Below are positions 48,901-58,456 of a stretch of DNA of 64,000 nt, piece by piece. A program made the translations under genes and the position numbers. The notes under the pieces were generated by a model that saw nothing but the letters and a program-made list of their open reading frames with translations, had not been told where the DNA came from and did no database searches. The stretch's first letter is position 1. The number at the start of each line of letters is the position of its first letter. Origin of the DNA: Desulfomonilia bacterium. GTDB taxonomy: Bacteria > Desulfobacterota > Desulfomonilia > UBA1062. The stretch is taken from the NCBI GenBank assembly GCA_050014195.1, contig JBEKDT010000001.1, positions 96,001-160,000 of the forward strand, in the 5' to 3' direction.

Positions 48901-49110
48901 ATTGAGGGGCTCGATATAGGTGGCATCCGCCATGCCCGGGTCGGTCATGATGGTTGCCGGGTCGGAGTTGACGAGAACAATTTTATAACCCAGCTCATGC
49001 AGGGCCTTGCAGGCCTGGGTCCCGGAATAGTCGTATTCGTTACCCTGGCCGATGACGATCGGCCCGGAACCGATGATCATTACCTTGTGGATGTCGTTTC
49101 TCTTAGGCAT
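45910..49110 (-). CDS. carB: Carbamoyl-phosphate synthase large subunit (divergent, no adjacent carA)
   Basis: MPKR-DI---IIGSGPIVIGQ, two ATP-grasp halves (IEINPR, LEANPRASRT), C-terminal MGS domain. Confidence 0.93.
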   Translation of the reverse strand: MPKRNDIHKVMIIGSGPIVIGQGNEYDYSGTQACKALHELGYKIVLVNSDPATIMTDPGMADATYIEPLNAAVLESIIAKERPDAILPNLGGQSGLNLTSELHRKGVLDKYGVKVIGVNIAAIERSEDRRAFKETMTRLRIEMPMSELAYSVEEAEKIASGLGYPVVIKPAYTVGGAGGGLVYNVEELRIVARRGISESLIGQVLVEESVLGWEELEIEVLRDAKNNIITVCFIENVDPMGVHTGDSLCTMPMLTIDTDLQRRLRKYAYDIVEAAEVTGNTNIQFAHNPLNGRLVVIEINPRTSRSSALASKAVGLPIAFVSTKLAAGLTMDEIPCRQCGTLDKYEPFGEDVVVKFSRWAFEKFKGSQDRLGTRMRAVGEVMSIGKTYKEALQKSVRSLEIGRYGLGHAKDFHEKDLETLLEMLSEPSSERQFIMYEALRKGATIEDLEQKTHLKAWFIGQMKELVDLEEKILAYSGKTLPDEVFIQAKKDGFADRYLAGLLGLTEDAIRDRRIKLGLVHGYQKVSVSGVENAEYYYSTYNAPDVVAVSDRPKIMVLGGGPNRIGQGGSFDYCCVHAAFAIKDMGYESIMVNCNPLAVSTDYDTSDKLYFEPLTGEEVLGIYHKEKPQGVICQFGGRTPLNIAHELMKAGVKILGTTPQAIDLAEDRGRFGKMMAKLGIPMPESGTASTLDEAKAVADRIGYPLMVRPSHVLDGSGMEVMYDEDMLREYMRAVVDPTPGLPILIDKFLDNAIGAEADALSDGYDAFVPAVLEHIERSGVHSGDSACVIPPISISPRHLDTIIEFTKRIAVELGVKGLMNMKCAIHKDTVYVLEANPRASRTVPLVSKVCNIPMADIATRIILGKRLADFDLKPKNIPYFGVKEAVFPFNVFPEVDPLLGPEMRSTGEVLGMAETFGLAFYKASEAASQYLPMDGCVLLTVSRRERPAVLEVARLFNELGFKIKTTRHTHAFLAENGIASEMVLKLHEGRPNIIDGVKNKEYALIINTPSGKLSKHDDSYIRKAAISYKVPYITTLSAAVAAAKGIAASRKGKGTIKSLQEYHRDIG

Positions 49111-49325
49111 CGTAAAAAGTCTCCCCCATTAAACATGAGCTTGCACTATAGGGAATGCTTAAGTTGTCAGTCAAGCGCAAAGGGTATTGGGGGATGAGGA
49201 GCCGGCAGCCCGTGGGCGGGAGTCGGAAATCATCTGCGGCTTGTAAAGTATAAACAAATCCGGGTGAGAGGGCTTGTGATTCCTCTGCACCCGGATGAGC
49301 GGTTCTTACGTGATCGTGAGGATCT

Positions 49326-50342
49326 TTATTCGGGGATGCCCTTGCCTGCGATGAAATTCGCCAGGTCTGCAACCCTGCAGGAATAGCCCCACTCGTTGTC
49401 ATACCAGGCAACCACCTTGGCCAGGTTGTTCTGGATCACCTGGGTGTACTCGATATCGACAATGGAGGACATCTCGTTGCCCTTGTAGTCGATGGAAACC
49501 AGCTTCCTGTCTTCGCATCCCATGATGCCCTTGAGCGACGTCTTGGCGGCGCGTTTAAGGGCGGCCCTGAGCTCATCGGTAGTGGCCTGCTTTTTAAGCT
49601 GGACCGTGAGGTCGACCACCGAGACGGTGGGCGTGGGCACACGAAGCGCGTACCCGTCGATGCGGCCCTTCAGGTCGGGGATGACTAAAGAGAGCGCCCT
49701 TGCCGCACCCGTTGAGGTGGGGATGATGTTCATGGCCGCGGCCCGTGCGCGCCGCAGGTCTTTATGCGGCATGTCCAGGATCCGCTGGTCATTGGTGTAG
49801 GCGTGCACCGTGGTCATCCAGCCCTTCTCGATGCCGAAGGCCTTGTTGACGACGAGCGCGGGAGGTGCAAGGCAGTTCGTGGTACAGGATGCATTCGAGA
49901 TGATGTTGTGCTTCTTGGGATTGTACTTGTTATGGTTCACTCCCATGACAATGGTGATATCCTCCTGCTTGGCAGGGGCGGAAATGATCACCTTCTTGGC
50001 ACCACCGTAGATGTGGGCGGAAGCTTCCTGTTTGCCGAGGAACAGACCCGTCGACTCGATGACGATATCCACACCCTCATCATCCCAGGGGATGCTCGCA
50101 GGGTCCCGCATGGCAAAGCTCTTTATCTTGTTGCCGTTGATGATGAACGCCTCCTTCCTTACCTTTACCTCTCCGGGGAAGTGTCCGTAGTTCGAGTCGT
50201 ACTGGAAGAGGTGCGCATTGGTATCAACATCGAACAGATCGTTGACCGCAACGACCTGCAGAGATTTCGGATAGCGCTCCATTATAGCCTTTAAAACCTG
50301 GCGGCCGATGCGGCCGAAACCGTTTATTCCAACACGAGTCAT
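49326..50342 (-). CDS. gap: Type I glyceraldehyde-3-phosphate dehydrogenase
   Basis: [39 protein letters not shown]. Confidence 0.97.
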   Translation of the reverse strand: MTRVGINGFGRIGRQVLKAIMERYPKSLQVVAVNDLFDVDTNAHLFQYDSNYGHFPGEVKVRKEAFIINGNKIKSFAMRDPASIPWDDEGVDIVIESTGLFLGKQEASAHIYGGAKKVIISAPAKQEDITIVMGVNHNKYNPKKHNIISNASCTTNCLAPPALVVNKAFGIEKGWMTTVHAYTNDQRILDMPHKDLRRARAAAMNIIPTSTGAARALSLVIPDLKGRIDGYALRVPTPTVSVVDLTVQLKKQATTDELRAALKRAAKTSLKGIMGCEDRKLVSIDYKGNEMSSIVDIEYTQVIQNNLAKVVAWYDNEWGYSCRVADLANFIAGKGIPE

Positions 50343-50358
50343 GTCGTGCCTCCTCTCA

Positions 50359-50928
50359 TCAATTGTCATCGAGCCTGTATTTATGGGCTACGAGCAGGTC
50401 ATAATTGGTCTGAAGGGCCTGGTGGTAGCGGGCGTTTTCAAGCGCCAGCGCGCTCAGGCTCGCCACGGCCTCCAAGAACTGGATCTCATGTGCATTGAAT
50501 TCCCGCACCTTGTCGGAGTAGACACGGAGCACACCGATGACCGTCTTTGCACAGATCAGGGGGGCCACTATCACCGACTTGATGCCCTCGGCCTTGGCGC
50601 CGGAACCGTACTGGAAGTCCGGGTCGGTCTGGGCGTTCTTGATGTAGATGCGCTCGCCCTTCAAGACCTTCTGGTCGAGGCCGCTCTCTTTGATGAGCAC
50701 GGGGCCTTTCTTGACATAGCCCTTGGACAGCCCGCAGGATGCCCCCATGACAAGCGCCCTCTTCCGGGAATCAAGAAGCCTGATGGAAGATGCCTTGACG
50801 CCCATGGTATCTACCACGGCCTTTACAACCTCCTGGAGAACGGTGCTCACATCGAGCGACGAATGGACGACCCGCACGACATCGTACAACGCGGTGAAGT
50901 AGTTCTTTTCCTTGTCTTTCACATCCAT
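50359..50928 (-). CDS. Stand-alone GAF domain protein
   Basis: SSLD---VL--VV, GLS--Y, DPDFQY----AEGIKS--APL, LENAR. Confidence 0.85.
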   Translation of the reverse strand: MDVKDKEKNYFTALYDVVRVVHSSLDVSTVLQEVVKAVVDTMGVKASSIRLLDSRKRALVMGASCGLSKGYVKKGPVLIKESGLDQKVLKGERIYIKNAQTDPDFQYGSGAKAEGIKSVIVAPLICAKTVIGVLRVYSDKVREFNAHEIQFLEAVASLSALALENARYHQALQTNYDLLVAHKYRLDDN

Positions 50929-51179
50929 TACCCCCCTTCTGGGAAAATTATCTTGCTATGAAGCGACATCGAAGCCCAAGGCGTTGAAGCATATTTATCA
51001 TGATAGTTTGGGTATCTTATGTTGCTTTAATAAATACCACCGTCATAGCAGTCAAGCCTGCTTTTCGGAATCCCCTGTATCTTTCTTGAATTGCACCATA
51101 AAAAGTCGGCCTGTCGGATACGACCCGCGCATGGCTAAAGGATTCCGGACATAAGCCGGCTTTTTCATGTGGGCTGTTC

Positions 51180-52430
51180 TTATGAGCGTTCCAAGGCCTC
51201 GATACGTTGGGCGAGCGGAGGATGCGAGTAGTAGAACCAGGCATAGAGCGGATGGGGGTGGAGGTTTGCAAGGTTATCCTTGGCAAGCCGCTTCAGGGCC
51301 CGTGCAAGGGGAACGGTTGATCCGGTCAGCTCTCGTGCATAGGCATCGGCCTGCCGTTCATACCTGCGTGAGATCATGGACCCGATGGGGATGAAAAAGA
51401 AGGTGAAGGGTTTTCCAATGATGGTGATCAGGAAGAGACCGGCAAAGGGGATGATGGTCTGGAATCCGAATGTCATATACAAGGCCGGCCAGGCTAAAAG
51501 TTTTGCGACTACATAGAGCACGGCAAGCGATAAGACGACTGATGCCGCGAGCTGCTTCCTGACGTGGCCTTTCTTGAGGTGGCCCAGCTCATGGGCCAGG
51601 ACGGCCGTGATCTCTTCAGGGGTGTGGGTGTTGATGAGGGTATCGAAGAGCACGATCCGTTTGAACTTGCCTATGCCGGTGAAATAGGCATTCGTATGCC
51701 TGCTCCTGGTGCTTGCATCCATCTTGAAGAGACCTGTCAGGTGGAAGCCTGCACGTTCAAGAAGCTCTCCGATGCTTTTCTTAAGGGTTTCATCTTCGAT
51801 CGTCTCGAACTTGTTGAACAGCGGGGCGATCACCTTGGGATAGAGCCAGGTGAGCAAAAGCTGGAACAGCACAAAGCATACCCAGGCAGGCAGCCACCAC
51901 AGGCGGGGCAGGGAATAGAGCAGCTCAAGGAACACGGCGAGGATGATCCCCATGATCAGGCCCGAGAGCAGTAATGTCTTTATCTGATCCTTGAGCCATA
52001 GCTTGAAGGTGATGGTGCTGAAGCCGAATCTGCGCTCGATCACAAAGGTGCCGTACAGATCAAAGGGGACCTCTATCACCCCGAGCAGGAACGAGCAGGC
52101 GAACATGAACACGATCCCTGCGAGCACCGGATTGAGGCCCGACAGAAGGTGCGTGCCTGCGAGGTAAGGCAGGAATCCGCTCAGGATAATCACCAGATCG
52201 GCCAGGTCATCGACAAGGATTTCAATGGAGCCCAGGTTGCTTACGGCTACGGTATAATCCCGGATGCGCTTTAAGGTGTCCGGCTCGATCTCGCCCTTAA
52301 ATACATCGGGCACCACATGACCGTATCGCGTGAGGTGCTGTCTGTTCAGAAACCGCAAGCCCAATCGCACCAGCATGCTTACGATGAATAAGGCGAGGAA
52401 GGTTATGAGTAAGACATTCCATTGAATCAT
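51180..52430 (-). CDS. M48 (Ste24-like) membrane zinc metallopeptidase
   Basis: NAYFTG, RIVLFDTL, AHELGH, E-QAD, SHPPLAQRI. Confidence 0.93.
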   Translation of the reverse strand: MIQWNVLLITFLALFIVSMLVRLGLRFLNRQHLTRYGHVVPDVFKGEIEPDTLKRIRDYTVAVSNLGSIEILVDDLADLVIILSGFLPYLAGTHLLSGLNPVLAGIVFMFACSFLLGVIEVPFDLYGTFVIERRFGFSTITFKLWLKDQIKTLLLSGLIMGIILAVFLELLYSLPRLWWLPAWVCFVLFQLLLTWLYPKVIAPLFNKFETIEDETLKKSIGELLERAGFHLTGLFKMDASTRSRHTNAYFTGIGKFKRIVLFDTLINTHTPEEITAVLAHELGHLKKGHVRKQLAASVVLSLAVLYVVAKLLAWPALYMTFGFQTIIPFAGLFLITIIGKPFTFFFIPIGSMISRRYERQADAYARELTGSTVPLARALKRLAKDNLANLHPHPLYAWFYYSHPPLAQRIEALERS

Positions 52431-52557
52431 AATCGTATTGTCTGCTCCTAGCGCGAAAAAATAATGAACGCTTGGATCTAAAACACTAGGGTACAGGATG
52501 TCAAATAATTATTACATCGAGGCAATTGCAAAACTCAAAAAATGGAACTCCCTTTCA

Positions 52558-53025
52558 TCATCCCCCGTCCGTCTGGGCAAAGGATGCGTTCGAGTAAAGA
52601 TACTCGACCTTTTCCTTGTGGTTCATCTCCTCACTGGCCATCTTGAGAAAGACCTGCCTGAGCTCGCCTTCGGGATGCAGCCCGGCAAGCCCCTTGTAGA
52701 AGTTGTATGAATTCAACTCCCGGTGGGCCGCCACCAGGAAGACATCTTTGGACAACATGTCTTTGCTGATATCCGGTTTGTCCATGTGCTCAGCGATCTT
52801 ATAGTCAACAGGATGGTTCATGCGCAGCGCATCAGCACCGAATCCCCCGTCGCGATAGCTGATGAGGAATGCCTTGTGTTTCTTTTCATCGGCCGCAAGG
52901 AGCTTGAGCGCGTCCTTTGCGCTGTCGTCCTGCACATTATTAAGGAGTCCCATGTAGAACTCATGGGCCTCCTGCTCCCTCTGGATCGCGATATCGATAT
53001 AGTCCCCAAGCCTCTGCTGTTCCAT
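52558..53025 (-). CDS. Ferritin-like / rubrerythrin family protein
   Basis: E--A-EFY...E-KH and E-NSY-FY...EE--H diiron motifs. Confidence 0.85.
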   Translation of the reverse strand: MEQQRLGDYIDIAIQREQEAHEFYMGLLNNVQDDSAKDALKLLAADEKKHKAFLISYRDGGFGADALRMNHPVDYKIAEHMDKPDISKDMLSKDVFLVAAHRELNSYNFYKGLAGLHPEGELRQVFLKMASEEMNHKEKVEYLYSNASFAQTDGG

Positions 53026-53119
53026 GCAATGCCTCCCTTTCAGATAATATATATAAGGGCAAGGTTCATCACAGTAAAGCATACTTAGATCATTGAGGAG
53101 CACACAAAGGGATATCTAA

Positions 53120-53144
53120 CACGAAGAGCACGAAGGACACGAAG
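53120..53144. repeat. CACGAAG-unit repeat, second copy
   Basis: CACGAAGAGCACGAAGGACACGAAG. Confidence 0.65.
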
Positions 53145-53191
53145 AAAGGAATACAAGAAAGTCCGTTCTGCTTTTTTATATTTCTGATTCT

Positions 53192-53221
53192 TTGACAGCT
53201 CTCACATCTTCCTGCTATAAA
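53192..53221 (+). promoter_or_regulatory. Candidate cassette promoter (Pc-like)
   Basis: TTGACA-18 bp-TATAAA with TGn extension, pointing into the array. Confidence 0.55.
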
Positions 53222-53458
53222 TACAGTCTAAGCCGATTTGTAGAGCAGCATGGAATTGAATGTTAAGAGCTTACCTGTCTTTGAAGGAGGGTCCACAAAA
53301 ACTCCACGAATCCACCCTTTGGGCACGGAGTTTGGGCTCTTGAAGCTGAAATACGTTACTATCAGGAATATTTATGTCTATATATCTATAACAGGGTAAT
53401 GCCTTGCACTCAATATCCGGATATACTGCAATCGTGCATCAAATATTGGATATGCTGC

Positions 53459-53485
53459 AAAAGTGCAGTATAGTAATTGTTAGGC
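53459..53485 (+). other. attI-like site heading the array
   Basis: The GTTAGGC core at 53479-53485 is complementary to GCCTAAC of the first attC and has no attC palindrome upstream. Confidence 0.7.
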
Positions 53486-53548
53486 TAAGAGGTAATATTT
53501 CAAAATGAGCTAGATAAAAAGCAACTTCTAATATGAATGGAGTGATAA

Positions 53549-54607
53549 ATGAAAATTGAATTTATAAATCATAAATCCTGTATATTATTTGTCTTCATCG
53601 TAGCATGTCTTCTTTCACCTAGAATATCTCTGTCAGAATCAGATCTTCCAGACGACAATCTAGCCTACCCGGTACTGTTAATAAGCAAGGAGGGAGGGAC
53701 AGGAAGTGGCTTTTTCTATAATAAGGATGAAGCTATATATCTAATAACAGCAAGACACGTTCTATTCAATGAAACGTCTATACGTGTACCAGAAGCAGTT
53801 ATTGTCCCGAAAAATCTAAGGTGTAAGTTATATTGTATAGAGGATAAAGGGAAAAAAGATAAAAAGGAATTCATACTCACTTTCTATGGTGTCATGTTGG
53901 AGAGCGAAAAAAACGAACTTATTAAGGCGACTCCAAAGACTGATAACTTCAACTTCATTCCAGTTATTGAACGACTTTATAAAGAATCCCAAAAACTTAA
54001 ACTGAGAAGTACTGAACTTACATTATTCTCATATGATAGAAAGGTTAACAAAGGTGGAATAAACGAATTCGAAGTTCAACTGATGGATCTTTATAATAAC
54101 GGTCAAATTAAATACCACCCAACACATGATGTTGCTTTTATTAGAATTGGAATCCCTAAAAAAGTAAAAGGCGAAGATATAATGAAATTGCAGAAAGGAG
54201 TAATAAAGAAACAAGGGACAGGGGTGGGTGGCTTAAGTAAAGACAACTTCAAACTTTTTAAGGATGTTATCGTGGGCAACCAAGTGTTCGTTTTTGGTTA
54301 TCCTACATCAATATCAGGAATAAACCCGTGGCTTGATACTAAATTACCTTTGCTCAGAAAAGGGACTATCGCTGGAAAAAATGAAAATCTTAATGCAATC
54401 ATATTGGACTGTCCAGCCTTTCAAGGAAATAGTGGTGGACTTGTAATAGAAGTTGAACAAGAATCAATTGATAAAATAAAATATAAAGCAATTGGTTTGA
54501 TTACAAATTTAGTGCCTTATGCAGGTGCATGGATTCAGAATTCGGGTTATTCCATCGTTGTCCCTATGGATTTCGTAGAGGAATTATTAAATGCACAATC
54601 TAAATAA
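53549..54607 (+). CDS. Cassette 1: secreted trypsin-like serine protease
   Basis: Signal peptide, GSGF, ITARH, HDVA, GNSGG. Confidence 0.85.
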   Translation: MKIEFINHKSCILFVFIVACLLSPRISLSESDLPDDNLAYPVLLISKEGGTGSGFFYNKDEAIYLITARHVLFNETSIRVPEAVIVPKNLRCKLYCIEDKGKKDKKEFILTFYGVMLESEKNELIKATPKTDNFNFIPVIERLYKESQKLKLRSTELTLFSYDRKVNKGGINEFEVQLMDLYNNGQIKYHPTHDVAFIRIGIPKKVKGEDIMKLQKGVIKKQGTGVGGLSKDNFKLFKDVIVGNQVFVFGYPTSISGINPWLDTKLPLLRKGTIAGKNENLNAIILDCPAFQGNSGGLVIEVEQESIDKIKYKAIGLITNLVPYAGAWIQNSGYSIVVPMDFVEELLNAQSK

Positions 54608-54626
54608 CAATGTTTTGGCTATCATA

Positions 54627-54683
54627 GCCTAACCATCGCATCCACCGGACGGCTAAAGCCGCCGGTGATGCACATCGTTCGCC
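54627..54683 (+). repeat. attC 1
   Basis: GCCTAAC...GCATCCACCGG..CCGGTGATGC...GTTCGCC. Confidence 0.9.
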
Positions 54684-54701
54684 AAATAATCTGAGATTAA
54701 A

Positions 54702-55763
54702 ATGAGTACGCCAATAATAACAACATCTGATTCAATTAAAATTGCAAGAGGTGTATTCGAGAGATCAAAGTACGAGGTTACTGAAGAATGCATTATAGAC
54801 CTTTCAAAAAATATAACACTAGTAGAAGAAAAAGGTTTATCCAAGTTAAACAATAGGCTGATTGCAGGCGGTAGACATATCCAGGATACACTAGTCGAGC
54901 ATAATTATGCTGCCACAATATTACCTATTCTTGGACCTGAGGCATCTATCGAATATGAACCCGAGGGTTTACATCGACCTCCAGACTTTAAAATAGTTAG
55001 GGAAGGCATTACTTATTGGATTCAAATAAAAAATTTATCAATATTGGAAAGAGAGAATCGGCAAGATAAGATTCTCCAAGAAATTGAGAGACAGATAAGA
55101 GAAATCGAAGTCGGGATGTTCCTTGGATGCCAACTCAATGATGACTTTTCTAGAGATGATATCGAATCACTTTTAACTTTTGTTAGGAGTATTATTAATG
55201 AAGCTAATATAGGGCAAGCGTACTTCTTTCCAAATGAGTCAACACCCAAAGCAAAAATAGAATTCTGGCTTCCAAATAAATTACAATTATCTCATCTCAC
55301 CTTGGGCATATCCGGTGACATTGATATTGTTGAACAGACAGGGCTTGCTCAAGAACAAATAAAAAACAGTATCGTTAATGCAGCAGGTGCTTTTAAATGG
55401 ATTTCTGATGAAAAAACTATCAATCTCATAGCCATGGACTGTGGCCGATATGATGATATTGATATTTGTGATGCATTATTTGGAACAGAATATGATGAAA
55501 TATCTCAGAGCGGTAGACATTGTTGGTGTCGAAAAGAAAATGGTTTATTTAAAAAATCCCCGTATGATGAAACAGTATTCGGTGTGATTTCACTTAGGAA
55601 AAAAGATAAGTGGGCCCCTATTATTAGCACATATACAATGTCCTTTTTCTTGAATGATACTTATAAAGATTCTCTTGATTGTGTAACGAGCCTTTTCCCT
55701 TTCGTGATAATTGTTCAATATAATATGAGACCCCCTATAGGCCATGCCAATTTCATAATCTAA
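54702..55763 (+). CDS. Cassette 2: hypothetical, PD-(D/E)XK-like
   Basis: VEH..A / YEP / PPDF / IQIK pattern. Confidence 0.6.
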   Translation: MSTPIITTSDSIKIARGVFERSKYEVTEECIIDLSKNITLVEEKGLSKLNNRLIAGGRHIQDTLVEHNYAATILPILGPEASIEYEPEGLHRPPDFKIVREGITYWIQIKNLSILERENRQDKILQEIERQIREIEVGMFLGCQLNDDFSRDDIESLLTFVRSIINEANIGQAYFFPNESTPKAKIEFWLPNKLQLSHLTLGISGDIDIVEQTGLAQEQIKNSIVNAAGAFKWISDEKTINLIAMDCGRYDDIDICDALFGTEYDEISQSGRHCWCRKENGLFKKSPYDETVFGVISLRKKDKWAPIISTYTMSFFLNDTYKDSLDCVTSLFPFVIIVQYNMRPPIGHANFII

Positions 55764-55794
55764 AAAATGGAATAAGATATTGGGGGAGAATAAA

Positions 55795-55854
55795 GGCGAA
55801 CAAATCATTTCAGCGGACGCGGCGGGGCCGCGCCGCTGATGCCCGCCGTTCGGT
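55795..55854 (+). repeat. attC 2
   Basis: GGCGAAC...TCAGCGG.CGCGGC..GCCGCGCCGCTGA...GTTCGGT. Confidence 0.9.
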
Positions 55855-55862
55855 GACAAGAT

Positions 55863-56924
55863 ATGATGAAATTGATTGATCTAGGTTTTGATCCCTGGTT
55901 TGAAGCACATGTCGATGACATGCGCCGAGAGGATCAAGGAATTGCACGTGTGTCAGCAGTTGACCGCAACTCGTACATTATCAGGAATGAGATCAGAGAG
56001 ATCCCAGCTGAACTTGCAGGGAAGTTCTATTTCCATGTTGAGTCCTCGATTGAGCTGCCATGTGTCGGCGATTGGGTCACCGTGCAGTATCATAATGATG
56101 ACACCTCGGCAATCATCCATGGGATTTTTCCACGAAGGACGTTTTTACGCCGCAAACGTGCCGGCGTAGAAGTGGACTACCAGATGATTGCAGCCAACAT
56201 TGACATCGCTTTCATTGTCCAGTCATGTCACTTTGACTTTAATCTACCTAGACTGAATCGGTATTTAGTAATGGCAGCTGACGGACATGTTGAGCCGATT
56301 GTCATTCTTGCCAAGACGGACTTGATCTCCCACGATGAGCTGCAACAGAAGCTTGCGGCTATTAGACAGGCTGGCATCACGACGAGAGTTATTGCTCTCA
56401 GTAACATAACCGGCTCCGGGTTTGACGAATTCCAGCAGGTATTAATGTCGGGGCGCACATATTGCCTGCTCGGGTCATCCGGAGTCGGCAAGACTACACT
56501 GATCAACCATCTGATTGGACGAGATGATCTTGATACTAAAGCTGTCAGTGGAACAGGAGAAGGCACACACACAACAGCGCGTCGGCAACTCATTGTTCTT
56601 GATAAAGGCATGATGTTCATTGATACACCTGGAATGAGAGAATTAGGCCTTCTGGGCGCCAGTGAGGGAGTAAACAAAGGGTTTGAAGATATTATTGAGC
56701 TTTCCATGACTTGTCGCTATGCCGATTGCAGCCATACTCAGGAATCAGACTGCGCAGTTCTTACTGCAATTACAAACGGCGAGTTGAGTGAAGAGCGCTA
56801 TTCTAGTTATTTGAAACTCAGGAAAGAGTCAGAGCACTATGAGATGTCGTACTTGGACAAACGTAAAAAGGACAGGGCATTCGGACGCTTCGTTAAGACA
56901 GCAAAGAAGAATATGAAAAAATGA
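55863..56924 (+). CDS. rsgA: Cassette 3: ribosome small subunit-dependent GTPase A
   Basis: CVGDWV, IAANID, KTDL, GSSGVGKTT, HTT, IDTPGMRE, C-x4-C-H-x5-C zinc finger. Confidence 0.92.
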   Translation: MMKLIDLGFDPWFEAHVDDMRREDQGIARVSAVDRNSYIIRNEIREIPAELAGKFYFHVESSIELPCVGDWVTVQYHNDDTSAIIHGIFPRRTFLRRKRAGVEVDYQMIAANIDIAFIVQSCHFDFNLPRLNRYLVMAADGHVEPIVILAKTDLISHDELQQKLAAIRQAGITTRVIALSNITGSGFDEFQQVLMSGRTYCLLGSSGVGKTTLINHLIGRDDLDTKAVSGTGEGTHTTARRQLIVLDKGMMFIDTPGMRELGLLGASEGVNKGFEDIIELSMTCRYADCSHTQESDCAVLTAITNGELSEERYSSYLKLRKESEHYEMSYLDKRKKDRAFGRFVKTAKKNMKK

Positions 56925-56933
56925 ATGCCGTGC

Positions 56934-56992
56934 ACCGAACAATCGGCTCCAGCGGACGCGGTGAAACGCGCCGCTGACCCATGCCGTTCGGC
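56934..56992 (+). repeat. attC 3
   Basis: ACCGAAC...CAGCGGACGCG..CGCGCCGCTG...GTTCGGC. Confidence 0.9.
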
Positions 56993-57008
56993 AGGTGAGG
57001 CGCTTATA

Positions 57009-57980
57009 ATGGCACCACGCAAAGAAGACATCCCGGAATGGCGTCAGTTCGAGCAATTAGTGGCCAGAATCGAGGCTGATGCTGGTCCTCTCGGTTTGAT
57101 CGTGACTTCTCCTGATCGCATAAAGTGCAGGACCACTGGACGCTTACGCGAGGTCGATGCAAGTGTGCGAACACAGATAGGGACATCGAGCATTCTGATC
57201 ACGATTGAATGCCGGAAACGTCGAGTAAAGCAAGACGTTACTTGGATTGAGCAACTTTCGACCAAAAAACATGCGATCGGGGCTGCCCGCACTATTGCCG
57301 TTAGTTCCTCCGGGTTTTCTCAGGAAGCTGAAGCAGCGGCCCTCCAGCACGGCATAGATCTGCGACGATTATCCGATGTATCCGCCGCAGAGATAAACGA
57401 ACTAATAAGGCTAGATTTCGTTTTATTTACACACAAAAGATGCGCCCTGGCTCGTGTTGGCCTCCGACTTTTCCGGTCTTTGGACTGGACGGTGCCCGAT
57501 CCAGAAAACGTAGACCTTATTTTACCGCCAAGCACGGACCCGTTTGCCACTATCTTCAGGAATACGGAGACAGGAGCGACTTGGTCGCTCAATGACCTAT
57601 GGCTGCAATTGCAAGAAGTAACTAATCCGTTTGCCGATGTCGAGAAGGGCTGCGCTCCAGTTATCAAAACTGCTTGTTTTCCTTTTCCTGGCAATGTCAT
57701 CGTGAACACTCCAGACGGGCAGAAAAAGATTGGAGATGTGTTGCTTAGCGTGGCGCTGTCGCTTGAAGTGGAGCAAGTTGATCTGGAATCCGCCAAGAAA
57801 GTTGAATATACGTCTCCAGATGGTGCCGCGATCCAACGAGTGGAGTTTGCCTCTCGTGAACCCGGCGCAGAGGATTGGCATCTTTCGCTACAGATTCCCA
57901 AGGATTCAGTGGATATAAGCCAGCTCAGAACAGGAGGGAACTGGCCAGTAACAAAGCAAACTGATCAAAAGGGCCACTGA
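57009..57980 (+). CDS. Cassette 4: Mrr-like restriction endonuclease domain protein
   Basis: WRQFEQLVA, REVD, IECR, VSSSGFS--A. Start placed after the attC. Confidence 0.8.
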   Translation: MAPRKEDIPEWRQFEQLVARIEADAGPLGLIVTSPDRIKCRTTGRLREVDASVRTQIGTSSILITIECRKRRVKQDVTWIEQLSTKKHAIGAARTIAVSSSGFSQEAEAAALQHGIDLRRLSDVSAAEINELIRLDFVLFTHKRCALARVGLRLFRSLDWTVPDPENVDLILPPSTDPFATIFRNTETGATWSLNDLWLQLQEVTNPFADVEKGCAPVIKTACFPFPGNVIVNTPDGQKKIGDVLLSVALSLEVEQVDLESAKKVEYTSPDGAAIQRVEFASREPGAEDWHLSLQIPKDSVDISQLRTGGNWPVTKQTDQKGH

Positions 57981-58024
57981 GTCGGTGGGTTCAATCTGCC
58001 AACTGCGCGTGCTGATAGCGATAA

Positions 58025-58083
58025 GCCGAACCAGTAAATTCAGCGGACGCAAAAAGCCGCGCCGCTGATGCCCACCGTTCGGT
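58025..58083 (+). repeat. attC 4
   Basis: GCCGAAC...TCAGCGG...CCGCTGA...GTTCGGT. Confidence 0.9.
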
Positions 58084-58104
58084 GTCTAAGGAGGAGGCGT
58101 AATA

Positions 58105-58353
58105 ATGAATGGGAATAAAGGTGACCACCCATTAACAGATATCCTTATCCATAATATTGAAGTCTATGGCAAAGAAGCAGATGATCTGATTCGTAAGATT
58201 AGTTCCTTATCAAGCAGGAGAGAACTAGATGAGTGGTGGGAAAAGGAAATTAACTGGTCATCAGATAAAACACTAGCCTTACAGAAATCTCAATTGAGAT
58301 ACGAAGAACTTCTTGATCGAGCAAGAAAAAGTGGATGGGAAATTGATGAGTAA
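58105..58353 (+). CDS. Cassette 5: small hypothetical protein
   Basis: 82 aa, AGGAGG SD, NG--GDHPLTDIL motif. Confidence 0.75.
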   Translation: MNGNKGDHPLTDILIHNIEVYGKEADDLIRKISSLSSRRELDEWWEKEINWSSDKTLALQKSQLRYEELLDRARKSGWEIDE

Positions 58354-58355
58354 TC

Positions 58356-58449
58356 ACCGAACAAGCAAATCCAGCGGACCACTGGGGCCGTTTGTCCTTG
58401 CTGATTCAACGCTCACCTGCCCCAGTGGCCGCTGATCCGCACGTTAGCC
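58356..58449 (+). repeat. attC 5
   Basis: ACCGAAC...CAGCGG.CCACTGGGGC...GCCCCAGTGGCCGCTG...GTTAGCC. Confidence 0.9.
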
Positions 58450-58456
58450 AGGAGAA

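Noticed and set aside
46066-49197. Long + strand ORFs (458 aa, 315 aa) and similar antisense ORFs over hsdM, hsdR, trb and gap
   Set aside because: They are shadows of GC-rich coding genes on the opposite strand and carry no motifs.
56925-57008. N-terminal extensions of ORFs running through attC sites (also 61343-61450 and 62568-62612)
   Set aside because: These are translations of attC DNA; SD-supported starts lie downstream.
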